A DNA stretch of 64,000 nt from Malacoraja senta (Eukaryota): the NCBI GenBank assembly GCA_038087875.1, contig CM075997.1:6140001-6204000 (forward strand), read 5' to 3'. This document shows positions 1 to 15,150 of the stretch, one piece after another. A program made the translations under genes and the position numbers. Positions within the stretch are counted from its first letter, which is position 1; each line of letters begins with the position of its first letter. The notes beneath the pieces are model-generated. The model searched no databases, was not told the DNA's origin, and worked only from the letters and a program-made list of their open reading frames with translations.

Positions 1-3000
1 GACTATTTTCTAAATGGTGGCCGATTAGGAAAAGGGGAGATGCAACGAGACCTGGGTGTCATGGTACACCAGTCATTGAAAGTAGGCATGCAGGTGCAGC
101 AGGCAGTCAAGAAAGCGAATGGTATGTTAGCATTCATAGGAAATGGATTTGAGTATAGGATCAGGGAGGTTCTACAGCAGTTGTACAGGGTCTTGGTGAG
201 ACCACACCTGGAGTATTGCGTACAGTTTTGGTCTCCAAATCTGAGGAAAGACATTCTTGCCATAGAGGGAGTACAGAGAAGGTTCACCAGACTGATTCCT
301 GGGATGTCAGGACTTTCATATGAAGAAAGACTGGATAGACTCGGCTTGTACTCGCTAGAATTTATAAGATTGAGGAGGGATCTTATAGAAACTTACTAAA
401 TTCTTAAGGGGTTGGGCAGGCTAGATGCAGGAAGATTGTTCCCGATGTTGGGGAAGTCCAGGACAAGGGGTCACAGTTTAAGGATAAAGGGGAAATCCTT
501 TAGGACCGAGATGAGAAAAACATTTTTCACAGAGAGTGGTGAATCTCTGGAACTCTCTGCCACAGAAGGTAGTTGAGGCCAGTTCATTGCCTATATTTAA
601 GAGGGAGTTAGATGTGGTCCTTGTGGCTAAAGGGATCAGGGGGTAAGGAGAGAAGGCAGGTACAGGATACTGAGTTGAATGATCAGCCATGATCATATTG
701 AATGGCGGTGCAGGCTCGAAGGGCCGAATGGCCTACTCCTGCACCTATTTTCTATGTTTCTCTATCCCTACAATGGAAAGACGATTCTAACTAGCTACCC
801 TATTTAGGTCTCTCATATTCTTACATGCTTCTATCAAGTATGTTTGGCCTTCTTTGCTCCAGGGAAAGCATGCCCAGCCTATTAGGTCTCTCTGTCTCTA
901 TAAACAGAGACAGAAGTCCCCCAATTCAGGCAACATCCTGATGAATCTCTTCTGCACGCTCTCCAGTGAAATTATTATCCTTCCTACAGTGTGGTGACCA
1001 GACTGTAATCTCTACCCGAACGAATAAAGACAAGCATGCTGTATGCCTTTTTCACTACCCTATCAACCTGTGACTTTGGGGAATTATAGACTTAGACCCA
1101 TAGATCTTCCCGTTTATCATTGTGTCCAACCACTTACAGTGTATGTCCTTCCTTCCCCTATCTGACTTTCCAGAATGCATCTCCTCCCAACTTTTCATGT
1201 GATCTATATCCTGCTGTAGCCTTATACAATCTTCATTACTATCCACAACACTGCCATCCCCAAACATGCTGATCCAACATTTCACATCCAATTTGTTTAT
1301 ATATCACAAACAGCAACAATCTCCGCACTAATCCTTATGATACACTGTATGTCACAAATCTCTAATCTGAAAATCATCCTTCCACCACTCTCATCTACCT
1401 CCTGTAACCAAGGCAAATTTAGATCCAGATAGCCATCTCAACTTTGGTCCATATGTGCCTTATCTTCTGGGCCAGCTTACCAATTGTGACCTTGTCAAAT
1501 GCCTTACTAAAATCGTTATAGACAACATCTGCCAACCTGACTTCAGTCTCCTTTGAGACAGGATTTCCTCCTCACAAAGCCATACTTCCTGCCCCTCATC
1601 ACCCCCTCCATTTCAAATGTAAATCAATATGTCCCTTAGACCATTCTACAATAATGTTCCTATCACTGTAGTAAGGTTCACCAGCCTGTATTATCTGACT
1701 TATCCATGCTGTCCTCCTTAAATAAAGGAATAATATTAGTGATCCTCCAGTCTTCAGGTACATCATACAATATGTGACTAGTGAAGAAAAAAAGCAAACA
1801 TCTCCTATGTTTCCAATTGTGTCTGGGATAGATCACATCTCACCCTGGAAATGTATTTACTCTATGGTTTCCAAGGCATCTGAAATCTCCACCTTCCTAA
1901 TACTGACATGCTCTAGACACAACCTGTGGCACCCATACTATTCCTCACTAATTTTCCAGAATGAAGGAGGTGAAAGTCATTGAATAAGCTTTTGATTAGT
2001 CTGCTTGACCACTGTGCGCAAGATTAATGGGAGAGAAGTATAATGATGCAGTGGGGTGTACTGTGGTAGAATTTGAGTTGTATGGATACATCATATAACC
2101 CGCTTTCAGTTTGTCTGAGTATCTGGATAAGCATGATAATGGCAGAGCAGTATTTCTAGTAGAGAGCAGCCAACCATGATATATCTTCTAACATTAGTCC
2201 ATTCTGTGAAGATTCTTATTCCTGGAAGAAACCACCAAAGCACCTCCTTCCTGAATGTTCTAATTTCATGCCTCGCTCACTTCAGGCACACGACATCTCT
2301 CCCAACACAAGACATCTTTCCCAACATCTGAAGAAGTGTCTAGACCCGAAACGTTGCCTAATTCCTTCGCTCCATAGATGCTGCTTCACCCACTGAGTTT
2401 CTGCAGCATTTTTGTGTATCTCCTAACACTTACCTCACTTATAAGGACTTAAATGCCAGCTTTATCATATACCTGGGCACTAATTGTCTCTGTTTACCCA
2501 GGTGCCTCCATCTACTCCCTGGTTGCCATACTATGTGTTACTTATTGATAGTTGCCATGGGGTGAACAACTTCAACTTTTCTGTGATTACTACATCGCAA
2601 ATTTTTGGCACCTTCATTCTATTGAGCCATTGGTTCCATCAAGATTGCTAAAGGTCCCATATTAGCACACATTTTGGGATGTAAGCAACTTCAATCTGAA
2701 TTGTGGCCCATTTGCTTTTTTTTCTCTGTGGGGCACCTGTTTGTCACTGCTGCATCCTGCCATACTGTAGCACATCAACATTTGGTTCAGTACAATTTCC
2801 AGTCATTTGTCATCTCCCTAAAGAGTGGCTAGTCTAAATATCTATTGTAAACTAAAATAAAAACTACAATATATTTACAATTGAATGTTTTAATATAGGT
2901 TCAATTTTGGTGCGGATTGATTGACATCAATAATACTCATAAATGCAATTTGCCTTTCTGTAAAAGTGCTGTGACTGTAAAACTCACAGGATTAGCCGTC

Positions 3001-4066
3001 AGTATCAAGATTAGCATCAAGAATAGAATTACCAATCTAAAACAATCGGGGTATCAATTAGAGATATTAGCAGAAGTGTTTGAGTTATTTATATTTTTGC
3101 AGTCAGAGGTTGAAACGTTTAATGAGTAAACCTCCAGCCTTGTGAAATGGACTCTATTAGACTTGGTTTAGTAAGTTTCACGTTTTCAACTGTTTCTAGC
3201 TATGATAATTTAACAAAACTGGCAATCAAATATATTCACTTTGTTGACTACTAAATTGACTGAAAACAGTTCTATAAAAATTATATATTTATTCAATGCA
3301 ACATGTTAAATATGACAATGACTTTAGCAACAGGTTGCCTGCTGCTTTTGTTAAGTATTTTGTATTATGCTTGCCATTTGGTGGTGTGTACAATGTTTTA
3401 CACACTTCACATGTGCTTAAAGATCAGTAAGCAGATTTTCTTCCAGTCTGAGTTCTAAAATCTATCTACGGAGATCACAATATAATATTACACTGTGCTA
3501 ATATGGTTCAAAAATCAGTTGTTCAACTTTTACTGAACTGTTGGTTATGCAATAATTTCTCATGGGAGAAATCAACTGTGTGGCAATTTTCCAACAACTT
3601 AATTATAAGATGAAGTTGGATCTGAAGAAGGGTCTCGACCTGAAATGTCACCCATTCCTTCTCTCCAGAGATGCTGCCTGTCCCGCTGAGTTACTACAGC
3701 TTTTTGTGTCTATCTTAATTATAAGATTATTATAAAATTATTACCAGTATGTTGAATTTGAAACCTTGATTTTATTTGAGTTTATCCATGGGATTATGTA
3801 ATCTATAGAATTTACAAATCTAGACAGCCATTCTGCCATGTTATAAAAGCTTTTTAAGGCAAAATAAAATGTATTCCTATTTTTTCAAATTGTTATTAAT
3901 CAGATTCATTTTGTGCATCTCTGTGCCTTGTTTAGGTTTGATAGATTGCCACATTTAACATCTCCTTTGCCGAAGTTTTGTATTAAAATTGAAATCTCTA
4001 ATAATTTCCTAATTCCTTATCTTTTCTATGGCATATTGATATCTGCGGTCGTGTCTGCCTGAATAG

Positions 4067-4084
4067 GCTGGAGAGGATGGACAG
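4067..4084 (+). CDS. RYR1: Duplicate copy of the candidate ASI microexon (AGEDGQ)
   Basis: Identical to 40148-40165 with the same AG/GT flanks. Confidence 0.7.
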
Positions 4085-7000
4085 GTCAGAGGGCATGATG
4101 ATATGAATATGCATCCGCTGTGCAGCTAGCTTCGCACTGCCGATGGCATTTTCCCAGATTCTCTTGCTAAGGCCCTCTGATTACCATGCCGTTTTAGTTT
4201 CTATCACCAGGCTCATGGAATCAGGCACAATGTTTTATTTAATAATAAGATATATCACTAAGTTTCTAACATGCAAAACAAATTAAAAAACGTTACCTGG
4301 TAAAATTTACTAAAGGAAATTATATGTTTTTATATGAACCACGATCTAATTTAAGTAAAATTCAGACTGGTGACAGAATAGACGGTGTGTCTTGGCTATA
4401 CTATGTTAGGCTTAGCTGTTAAATTCAGGGAGGCATCAGCCACTGGCAAGCAAGTAAAGAAGAGCACTACGATGTCTTGAGCATTCTTCAGTGTTGTTTT
4501 GTATTTTGAATGGTTTGAGGGGAAAACAAATCCAATAATGATATACTTACAGATGTTGATTATTGCCTTAATTGTCAATGCTAGCATGTTGCTTTCATGT
4601 GCTAGCAAAATCACAGCAACTTTCTTGTCAGTTTTTATTTCTTAATGTTTTCCTGCCACACATTTATAATGTTAAATTACTATCAGTAACAAAAAAACAA
4701 CAACATTAACAAAATACAAAAATATCTTAAACAGCAATTATAGATTGATATAAAGATAATTAATGTTTTGATTAATATATTTGCCACTAGAATTTAAAAT
4801 TTAATGTGAACAAAACAAGAGAATGATTGAATTGCTAAAATGGCTGAGAACCTATTTCAAGTATATAAAGTCTGAAGAAGGGTTTCGGCCCGAAATGTTG
4901 CCTGTTTCCTTCGCTCCATAGATGCTGCTGCACCCGCTGAGTTTCTCCAGCATTTTTGTGTACCTTTGATTTTCCAGCATCTGCAGTTCCTTCTTTAAAC
5001 TATTTCAAGTAGTTCTGTATACGATCATCCCAAGGTCCAATTCTATAATCGCATTATCGAAAAATATAGAACCTCATGTTTTAATCCAGCATACTTGCGT
5101 TACAGGCATGTTCCCCACTATGCCACATGTCTCACCAGCTCCAAATGTAATAACTATATCGCTCATTGTGATACCAGCACTGAATGAAGTCAGAATTTTG
5201 TCTTGTATTCCCTATTTCCTCCTCCCTTTCTTTACAGTCCCTACGAAATAAATGCATTTGCCTTCCTTACTACCGATTTGACTTGCAGATTACCTTTTGG
5301 GAATCTTACACCTACACTCCCAAGTCCCTTTGCACCCTGTCCTCAATGCATGATGTTGTAAGGCAATCATTCCATTGTGCATTTAGAAGCATTGGTTCCA
5401 GCAGGTAAATTTTTGGTCTCGACCCGAAACGTCACCCATTCCTTCTCTCCAGAGATGCTGCCTGTCCCGCTGAGTTACTCCAGAATTTTGTGTCTACCTT
5501 AGGCAAATTTTCCCATGAGGTATCCCATTTATAGTGCCATAATAAACAATAGATACTGTATATTTCTATGAATTTTGAACATACATTTTTGATGTTCAAG
5601 AATTTTCAATGGGTACTCCGGTAAATAATCATCATTTTATTCACCTATTATTTCTTACAGATTAGTATCAAACCCTTAATTCTCTCTCTCTGTCTTAGTG
5701 TTCCACAAGTAGACCTTGCTCTATGCACTACACGAAGGATTTATTATTATGAGGGATTTATTATTCTAGAATTTATCCTTTGAAGAATCAAATGGCCTGA
5801 AAGCAAATATGTATGCATCTGAGCTGTAATCTTATTGCTGGTTAAGATGTTCTACCACACTAGGTTTTAATACACGGACATTAAACGTGCATTAGAATTT
5901 TTATGTTAACACTTGGGAATGTGACAGTTTTGCACTTTGGTATCAAAAACTAATTTGCAGATGCAGACATAGTATTATGCACTGAAATTATTTATCTTCC
6001 CTCATCGGCCCAATCTACAGACAAGGGTACGAAGGGTTTCAAAGAAGTTCAATACACCTTAGTTTGTGTCATTTCCTCTGTTGCACAGAACCACCTTTTA
6101 AATAGTAAAAATAACCTGTGCCTTTGGTCAGTGGTGACCAGGTCACGAAACTTCCTGAGTAGGGAGACAAATTCCTGGAAGGGGACCATTGGATGTGTAA
6201 TGTCCATTCGAGGAGCATATGTTTTAAAACATCTAATGTGAAAAAGTTCAAAAAGAAAATAATATTTTTCACAACAGATGGTGTTCTAGAAATTTATTAG
6301 TATTCACAGGGACTCATTATTCGGTCTTGTGGGACCACCGCTTATAAATTCAAAGTCAGGTACTACTAAATTGGCTTCTTGCGTATGGCGTGCACAGCCT
6401 AAAGTTGTAAGACAACTTGTTCTAATTGATCGTATTTGATTGTGCACGCCGGGTTGATTGCATTCGTTGAAACAGGGCGGACCACGTGAAGGTTGCAATC
6501 TCCCACCCCACCAAATTGGCTGTATATGAGGGTTAGCCTTTCCTTTACATGCTGCACCAGGGCAGAGAGTGCCATGAAGCCCAACTAATGTGGAGTAATG
6601 GATCAGAAGGGTGGATGTTGATTGGTGGCAGTGCAGAGGGACTGATGAGGACGCCTTAATTCAAAGTTGGTGATCAATGATGGGGATATCGGGGTAGGAT
6701 GTGATTTGTGCTGGAGGCACATTTCAGATGGCCAGAATCTTCAGTTTGCTTGATAGTGGAAGATTGGTGGGTGAAGGAATGATCTGTGTCCATCTTCCAT
6801 GGATTTGCAAAATTACCTGTCTGGGTCGATTTAATTCCTTTTGTTGACATAGCATTTGATTCTGATATTTTGAAATGAATACATTCAATTATAGATCGAC
6901 TCTAATCTTATTCTGATTAAACTAGAAAATGTATTACCCTTTTGCTTCTCCAACTTACTAAACATCTGATTCAGCATTTTAAAACATTGCTAATAGTGAC

Positions 7001-10000
7001 TTATTACACAATAAATTGCTGTTGTTTAGGAACAGCAAAATGTACAACATTCAATAATTTACTGTCTAGCAGTTAATGTGAATAATGCTAATTAAACTAA
7101 AACTGCGTAATGCAATGTTGCTTGTGAGCAAATTAAACTAGATTTGCTTTAAATTAAGATGGCGGACAGAGGGAAGTTCATTTAAGTACCATGTAGATTG
7201 CATGGTGCAATGTTCACGTAGTCACTCACGTGACTTCGAAATAAAATTATATATTAATGCAATACAACTATTGGATGTCTAAGTGGGAATCTAAAGCAAA
7301 ATTGACATTGTTATAATTTTAAATGTATTTATAATGATATGAGCGGTTAAACATTTGCAGATTTGGTATGAACCACAGCATGCAACATTCATATTCTTGG
7401 CAGTTAAATAAACCAAATGAAATCAATTCATGATAGTAATAAGATGTAGAAATAATCACTGTCAATGTAAAATTAAACAAAATGAATAGTTTTGCAAGCA
7501 AAAGCAAGGGAAATAATTAATAATACTCCATAATAATTTATAAATGTTAACAATTTGCCATGCCTAAGTCCACATGAGAATAATAAAGGTTTGACAACCA
7601 TTCACATTTGCTGCTCTTTCAAATTATCGATCAATGGCTTTTTCACATCTGTATTTTAATGATTAATTATTTGCCTGTATTGTCATTACCTATGGTTAGA
7701 ACTAAAATACAAAACAAGTCAATTAATGAAGAATTGTGCTACTTTCCATTAGAAGAGTACAAGACAAATCTGAACTGTTCCTTGCTCCTCAACGTATAAT
7801 TCTTAAATGCTCACATCTCCATTGTTGAAACTTTTGCTTCCAAACAAAATAATTTTAAACGCTAATAGTATAAATGCAACTGACCTTCAGTTACTACTTC
7901 AAGAAATATGCAGCATTAGTTATTTGCGAACTGTATTCTGAAAGTTGAGGATTCTATTGTTAACTCGCATTTTATCTACTTTCATTTAATTTTATAATGT
8001 GCTGTTTTCTAAAGTAAAATATTTTAATATTGTGTGCGACACATTTATGGAGAATCGCTCAGATTTCTGATCATAATAGTTTTAATCTACAATTTGATAT
8101 TCATCTATCATTAAATCAAACTAATGGCAATGCAGGAGCATTCAATTTACCCGAGTTTAAGTTCATTTTGCTTGGGGAATGGACAAGCCAAATTAATCTT
8201 AATCAAGCACTGCAGGTGAAAGGAATTTTGAGACTTCTGAATTAATTTCAGCCCCATTATGTGCATTTCGTCTCAGTTAGTCATAGAACGTGGAGTAAAA
8301 TTATCTTTAGCGAAAGTACGGAGTTGATGATAATGAATCAGCAAGTTGTCTTAATTATTCTTAGAAAATTAAATTGTAAAATATTTAAAATGAGATGAGA
8401 ATTGAGGTGAGAATTAATGTCACCATCCCCAACCACACTGGTCATCATTCATATATAGTTTTGGTCAGAAACCATATTCATATGAGTTAATTGTTGTTAG
8501 CTTCTCTAATTCTCAGAACTTCCTGCGTACACAATTCTCTTATGTAACTAGACATTAGTTTCGTAACTAGTTAATTAGTAACTGGACATTTTCAGTTTCA
8601 ATGTCATTGCTCAGGGTTTTAACTTATGGCTAGGTTATGAATAGAAACATAGTAAAATAGGTGCAGGAGTAGGCCATTCAGCTTTTCGAGCCAGCACCGC
8701 CATTCAATATGATCATTGCAGATCATCTAAAATCAGTACCCCGTTCCTGCTTTTTCCCCATATCCCTTGATTCCTTTAGCCCTAAGATATAAATCTAACT
8801 TTCTACCTCAGTATTCAGTACCCCATTCCTGCTTTTTCCCCATATCCCTTGATTCCTTTAGCCCTAAGAGATAAATCTAACTTTCTACCTTAGTATTTTC
8901 TTGTGAAACGTGGAAACCATCGATGCTGTCCACAATAAAAGAAAATTCTCAATGCCTAGAAAGGCTATTAGTTCTGATATAGAAATGACGTACTGTTCGT
9001 GTCCTTCACTTCAGATTTTCAGTATTTAAGGGGATTAATTGATTTGGGCATAAATGCTTACATTCAGCTTTTACAAACTACCTTTTACAAGACAACCTAC
9101 TTCCCTTTTGTGACCACACTATTTTAAGTTCAGTTTTGATGTTGTGAGGACTCCTAACTATCAGAAGTTGATTCTATTTGGACACAGATGCCATTGAACC
9201 CCATGATTTGAGTCTAGCGCCCTGTATAAGCAGGAAAATCTGTGTTCTGGATATGAAGTTTACCTTTGTATTAAGTAGTTTCCATGTGATGGGAAAAAAA
9301 GCTTGGATCACCAAAACCCAATCATCTCTGTGGTTGTTGAATCCCTGAATCATAAATTGTTGTTATGAAGAATATATTTATGCCAGGAGCCATTCGAAAC
9401 GTTTTCTGCTTCCTGTAGACCTATTGCTGCCACCAGTTTACTAATCATTCGTGCCTGAATCAAACAAGAGTCTATTATAAATTAGTATAGAACTCCAGAA
9501 GATTAAACCAGCCAAGTGGCCTAATTCTGCTCCTATCACTTCTGACCTTATATCCTAATTGGGTGGTTGGCGCCAGATGCGGTTCTGTGATTAACCATGT
9601 TTCCTACGACTGCCTGTGATCCCAAGGTAAATGTCAAGATCAAGTTCAATTTGTCATTACATGGTGAAAGTAACTGCATCTCACAAATGATATTCATGCC
9701 AGGGACGACCTCGACTTTTCTTGTGCAGTCTGAAGTAACATTCTGCTCTTAGGCTCACAAAGGTAAGAAAGGCAATTGCCTTTTTTTTGACTCATTCGAG
9801 ACTGATTCTGAAAAATCCCCAGCTGAGGATTCCACATTCAGGCCTGATGTAAATTATTTGGGAAGTTAAAAATGATGACTTAATGGTGGGTAACTCAGGA
9901 CTTTTTACTGGTTACTTGGTTTCTGCTAAGCAATTAAAGATGGAATTATTTCCCTGTGCTTCAGATCTCTTTCATTGTCTGATCTGTGCTCTAATTGAAT

Positions 10001-10866
10001 CTGTGTATTTGGTCCAAGGAAGAGTTTCGGCTCCAGTTGATTTCTATTGATCTCTGCTGAAAAGTATGCTGTTCAGTGGTATTGGCTTTTATTATTCAAT
10101 AGTGGTTTTGCCCAACTGCTGAACAATCTATAGAAACTTGCTTGAAGAGTGTTCATATGAGTTAGATACTGAAGAGAAGTTGATGTCTTGCACTAATTAA
10201 TACTTTCAGCAGAACAAGGTGAAAACAACTGAACAAAATATTTTCTTCTCCTTCTGAAGTTGCTGATGTTGAAGTTTATGTTATGCCCATATTTTCTGAG
10301 TGTCTGCATGTGTGGCAATGTTTGTATGAACAGGGGTTCAGATAGGAAATGTTCATGATATTTTAGAAACTTTTGGAAACCAACATTTTTATTTAGATGT
10401 TTTTTAAATGATGTGGTAAAATTTTAATTACGTCAGTCAAAAGTTAAATGGATGGTGACAAATTCTTATCTTAAACCCTGTAGAAAAATATGCTTATTCT
10501 ATGGACATTATTGTTATAGTTATCATTATGAATGGTTTTCGCCACCATTTATGGTGAAAATGATACCAGATAATAACACCATAACTTATAACACTGTAAC
10601 ACCAAATAAGCAAAATCTGTACAATGTAGAATGTTGCAACTAATAATTATTATTCTATCACGTACCTTTCTGTAATTCACTATGGTGACAGGGCAGAAAA
10701 GGTTGGTGTGAGATCCTACATTCACTGCCTGTTTCATGAGGACAATATGTGCAATTGGCCCTTGTTGGACACTAACACGCTTTTCCACCTGCAATCTACA
10801 TCTTACCTCTGTAATCTGTGGAAGAGCATTGTATTGAACTTGACTTTATAAATGTTTTATTATTAA

Positions 10867-11044
<178 letters not shown>

Positions 11045-11890
11045 GTAAGTGAAGAATTATCTGGTTTATGTTGACATCAAATGTTTGTCATTTTACAAGC
11101 AGTCTGGTTGAGGTTGAAGACAGTGGACAAATGTTCTGGCGAATCGGAAAAAGTGATGTTAGTAAAGTTCACATCAGATTTGTACAGCTTGTTAGCTTTC
11201 ATATTTTCTTATGTCATAGACAAACGCCATTTCAGCCCACCAAGTGTATGCCAGTTCAGTTGTAAGTGGCAGTGGAAAGGTAGATCTACAGGTAGAAGGA
11301 GCAACTTGCTTCTCCATTGGTTTTCTTTTAAACTCTTGTCACATTCCCACCAGTGCATTCACAATCTATCACTTACTTGCATACTGGGGACAATTTGCAG
11401 TAGACATTAAACTTACCAGCCTAGACATCTTTGGAGAAAAATCAACTTGTATTATTGTGAAACTACAGAATTTGAGAGAAGCTCACATGGCTACAGAGCA
11501 AACATGCAAACTCCACACAGACAGATCATTTGCGGAAAGATGAAGTCAAGCTCAGCCATGACACTGAGTCTGAAGAAGGGTCTTGACCCGAAACGTCGCC
11601 CATTGAGTCTGAAGAAGGGTCTTGACCCGAAACGTCGCCCATTCCTTCTCTCCAGAGATGCTGCCTGTCCCACTGCGTTACTCCAGCGTTTTGTGTCAGG
11701 AAAATACTCGTGTCAGGAAAATACTTCTACCTTTCAACTGTCACTGTATTGTTCCACATATTATGAAAGATTACTGGACCAAAGTTTCAGAATTTAATTG
11801 TTAAGAGCATTGTGTCAAACTAAAGTTTAATGCTTTTCTATTTGATTTGGTGTAGCTTCTACTTACTATGTCTCTCTATAATCTCTGCAG

Positions 11891-11950
11891 AAAGATACCG
11901 ATGAAGAAGTACAAGAGTTTCTACAAGACAACCTCCATTTGCAAGGAAAG
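11891..11950 (+). CDS. RYR1: Duplicate of exon 72 (intact, 60 nt)
   Basis: Identical to 47968-48027. Confidence 0.88.
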
Positions 11951-14900
11951 GTAAAAGAATAATCAGTAAACACCCGGCATAATGGACTACACAGGGGTAA
12001 ATAGTGTCCGCTATTACTGATTGTCCGCTATTACCGAATAAGGGGGTTAATATGTACAGTACTACTAGATAAGCAACCAATAAACACACACTATACACTA
12101 GTGTACACAACAGTAAAGGACACAAACTACACAATACCTTAGGACAGCACAGTGGCGTTGTGATATTTTTTTCTACTTTTCTACAAAGACCCAAATTTGA
12201 TCCTGACCTCATGTGCTCCCTGTGGCAGTGTGGGTTTCCTCCGGAGCACTAGTTCTACCCTACACACTGTGAGTTGTCTCTAGTGTGTGGAGTGGAGCTG
12301 GTGTGCCTTGGATGGGGGGGGGGGCCTGCACGGTCACCAAGGGCGCCCAGGGTCGGGTCTGGGTCTCTGGTACTGAGGAATGGTGGCTCTGCCAGCGATT
12401 GACGGAGGCTAGTTGGGCTGCAGGCCTGCACGTCTTTGAGATGTGGGGGAGGAGGGGGCACCCGGGGGAAAGCCACACCGTCACTTTGTCTTTGCAATGT
12501 GGGAGGAAAGATAGGATCACTGTAGTGATTATGTGAGAGGAAAGAGAACCGCTGCAGAACCACCAGCAATCGCCCATACACTAGTTCTATGCTACACACC
12601 AGGTACAGAATAGAACTAGTGTATGGATGATCGCCTGTCGGCACAGACTTGGTGTTTTGAGCACATGGTATTGGGGGTAGGATGCTGACATGGTTAGAAA
12701 ATTGGTTGCCAGACAGGAAACAAAGAGTAAGTATTAACGGGTCCCTTTCAGAACGGCAGGTAGTGACAAGTGGGGTACTGCAATGCTCGGTGCTGGGACC
12801 ACAGCTATTTACAAAATACATAAATGATTTAGATGATGGGATTCAAAGTAACATTAGCAAATTTGCAGATGACACAAAGCTGGGTGTCAGTATAAACTGT
12901 GAATACGATGCTATGAGGATGCAGGGTGACTTGGACAGGTTGGGTGAGTGGGCAGATGCAATTTAATGTGGATAAATGTGAGATTATCCACTTTAGTGGC
13001 AAAAACAGGAAGGCAGATTATTATCTAAATGGAGTCAAGTTGGGATAAGGGGAAGTACAACGGGATCTGGGGTGGAGTCCTTGTTCATCAGTCACTGAAA
13101 GTAAGCATGCAGGTACAACAGGCAGTGAAGAAAGCTAATGGCATGTAGGCCTTCGTAACAATAGGAGTTGAATATAGGAGCAAAGAGGTCCTTCTGCAGT
13201 TGTACAGGGCCCTAGTGAGACCACACCTGGAGTATTGTGTGCACTTTTGGTCTCCCAATTTGAGGAAGGATATTCTTATTGTTGAGGTAGTGCAGCGCAG
13301 GTTTACCAGATTAATTCCCGGGATGGCGAGACTGTCATTTGTTGATAGAATGGAGTGGCTGGGCTTGTATACTCTGGAATTTAGGATGAGAGGAGATCTT
13401 ATTGAAACATGTAAGATTATTAAGGGTTTGGACACGCTAGAGGCAGGAAACATGTTCCTGATGTTGGGGGAGTCCAGAACCAGAGATCACAGTTTAAGAA
13501 TAAGGAGTAAGCCATTTAGAATGGAGATGCAGAAAAACTTTTCACACAGAGTTGTGAGTCTGTGGAATTCTCTGCCTCAGAGGGCGGTGGAGGCTGGTTT
13601 TCTGGATGCTTTCAAGAGAAAGCTAGACAGAGCTCTTATAGCGGAGTCATGGAATATGGGGAGAAGGCAGGAACGGGGTACTGATTGTGGATGATCAGCC
13701 ATGATCACTTTGAATGGCGGTGCTGGCTCAAGGGACCGAATGGCCTACTCCTGCACCTATTGTCTATTGTCTTTCCACGCTGTATTTCAAAACAAAGCTA
13801 AAATAGTTCAAAAACACCATCCGTGAAAAAATGACTGAAGAGTATCGACGTGAAAACATCACCTATTCCTTCTATCCAAAGATGCTGCCTGTACAGCTGA
13901 GTTACTCCATCATTTTGTGTCTATCTTTGGTGTAAGCCAGCATCTGCAGTTCCTTTCTGCACATTTAGACTACTGCACATTTGAATACCAGTATAACCAA
14001 AATCCGTTATAAAGAAGTCTGTTAAAACGAGAGATTACTGTTCTTGCAAATTAAAAGAAAGCCTATTCTGTTTTATCATTTAACTCTTTGCTTATAAATC
14101 TCCAGAAAATTATAACATTTAAAAATTCCCTCATCAATGCTACTTAGCAGAGTTTCCTCTCATTGTCCTGCAGGACTTTGGTTCATTTCAGTCTAATTGC
14201 AGAAAAACCTTAAGATGAAATGATTATACATCCATAATAAAGCCTAATCTGTTTTCTATTTGTGGATTAATGTATTAAGAGAGAAGCTGCTATTCTCGAG
14301 CAGTCTCATTTATGGCACCATACTTTCAGTGTCACGATATGAACGGCTTTTTAAACCACCTCATTTCAATCATAAATCATCAAAAAACCTTCAGAATATA
14401 TTCAAATAAAGTGAAAAAATATAAAGTATTATTCACTGCAGGCAGAGGAAGCAAAGTAATTTGCAAACTAACATTTTCTTATAAGAAATAAAAAAATTGC
14501 AGGTTAATCATTATTTTTGCCTGATTCACTTTTTTTGTGCCCTATTATGTATTTAATAATGTTTTATACAAGATGTTCTTTAACACCAAGCTAACTAACC
14601 AGTAACCTCCTGGTTTCTGTCCCCCTGTTTTGAAGAGAAGAGTTATATTTCCAGTTTGATGGAACCTTCCTAAATTTCAGAAAATTAAAAGGAATTATCT
14701 CATCAGCCAAGGGATGAAGCCTTTCAAGACCTGGAGTCTTGGCAACCCACAGCTCAGGCAAATTTCTGAGTATCACTTCCCAGAAATTGTAATTCCCCTG
14801 AAATCGCCCTGCCCTGTGGGCTTGCCGATCCACAGCTGGTTCTGGGGTGTGACTGGTCGTCTCTGCAATGACAATTAATGCGAAATTCCAATTTAATTCT

Positions 14901-15013
14901 TCGCAATCTCATGTTTTCTACTATTTAGTCCCCACTTTCATTTGCTATGTTGTTTGCACAGTAGATGGACTACATTGGATCAGTAACATTTATTTTATTA
15001 ATCTGATTTGTAG

Positions 15014-15150
15014 TGTGAAAATTCTTCTTCAATGCGATGGCAGATGGCATTATACAAGGACATTGCTGGCAAAGCTGAAGACAGCAACGATCCTGAAAGA
15101 TAGTGAAACGAGTGCAGGAGGTCTCTGCTGTTCTGTTTCACCTGGAGCAG
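15014..15150 (+). pseudogene. RYR1: Duplicate of exon 73 with a -1 frameshift (137 nt)
   Basis: cctgAAAgatag versus cctgAAAAgatag in the other copy, giving an immediate TAG stop. Confidence 0.9.
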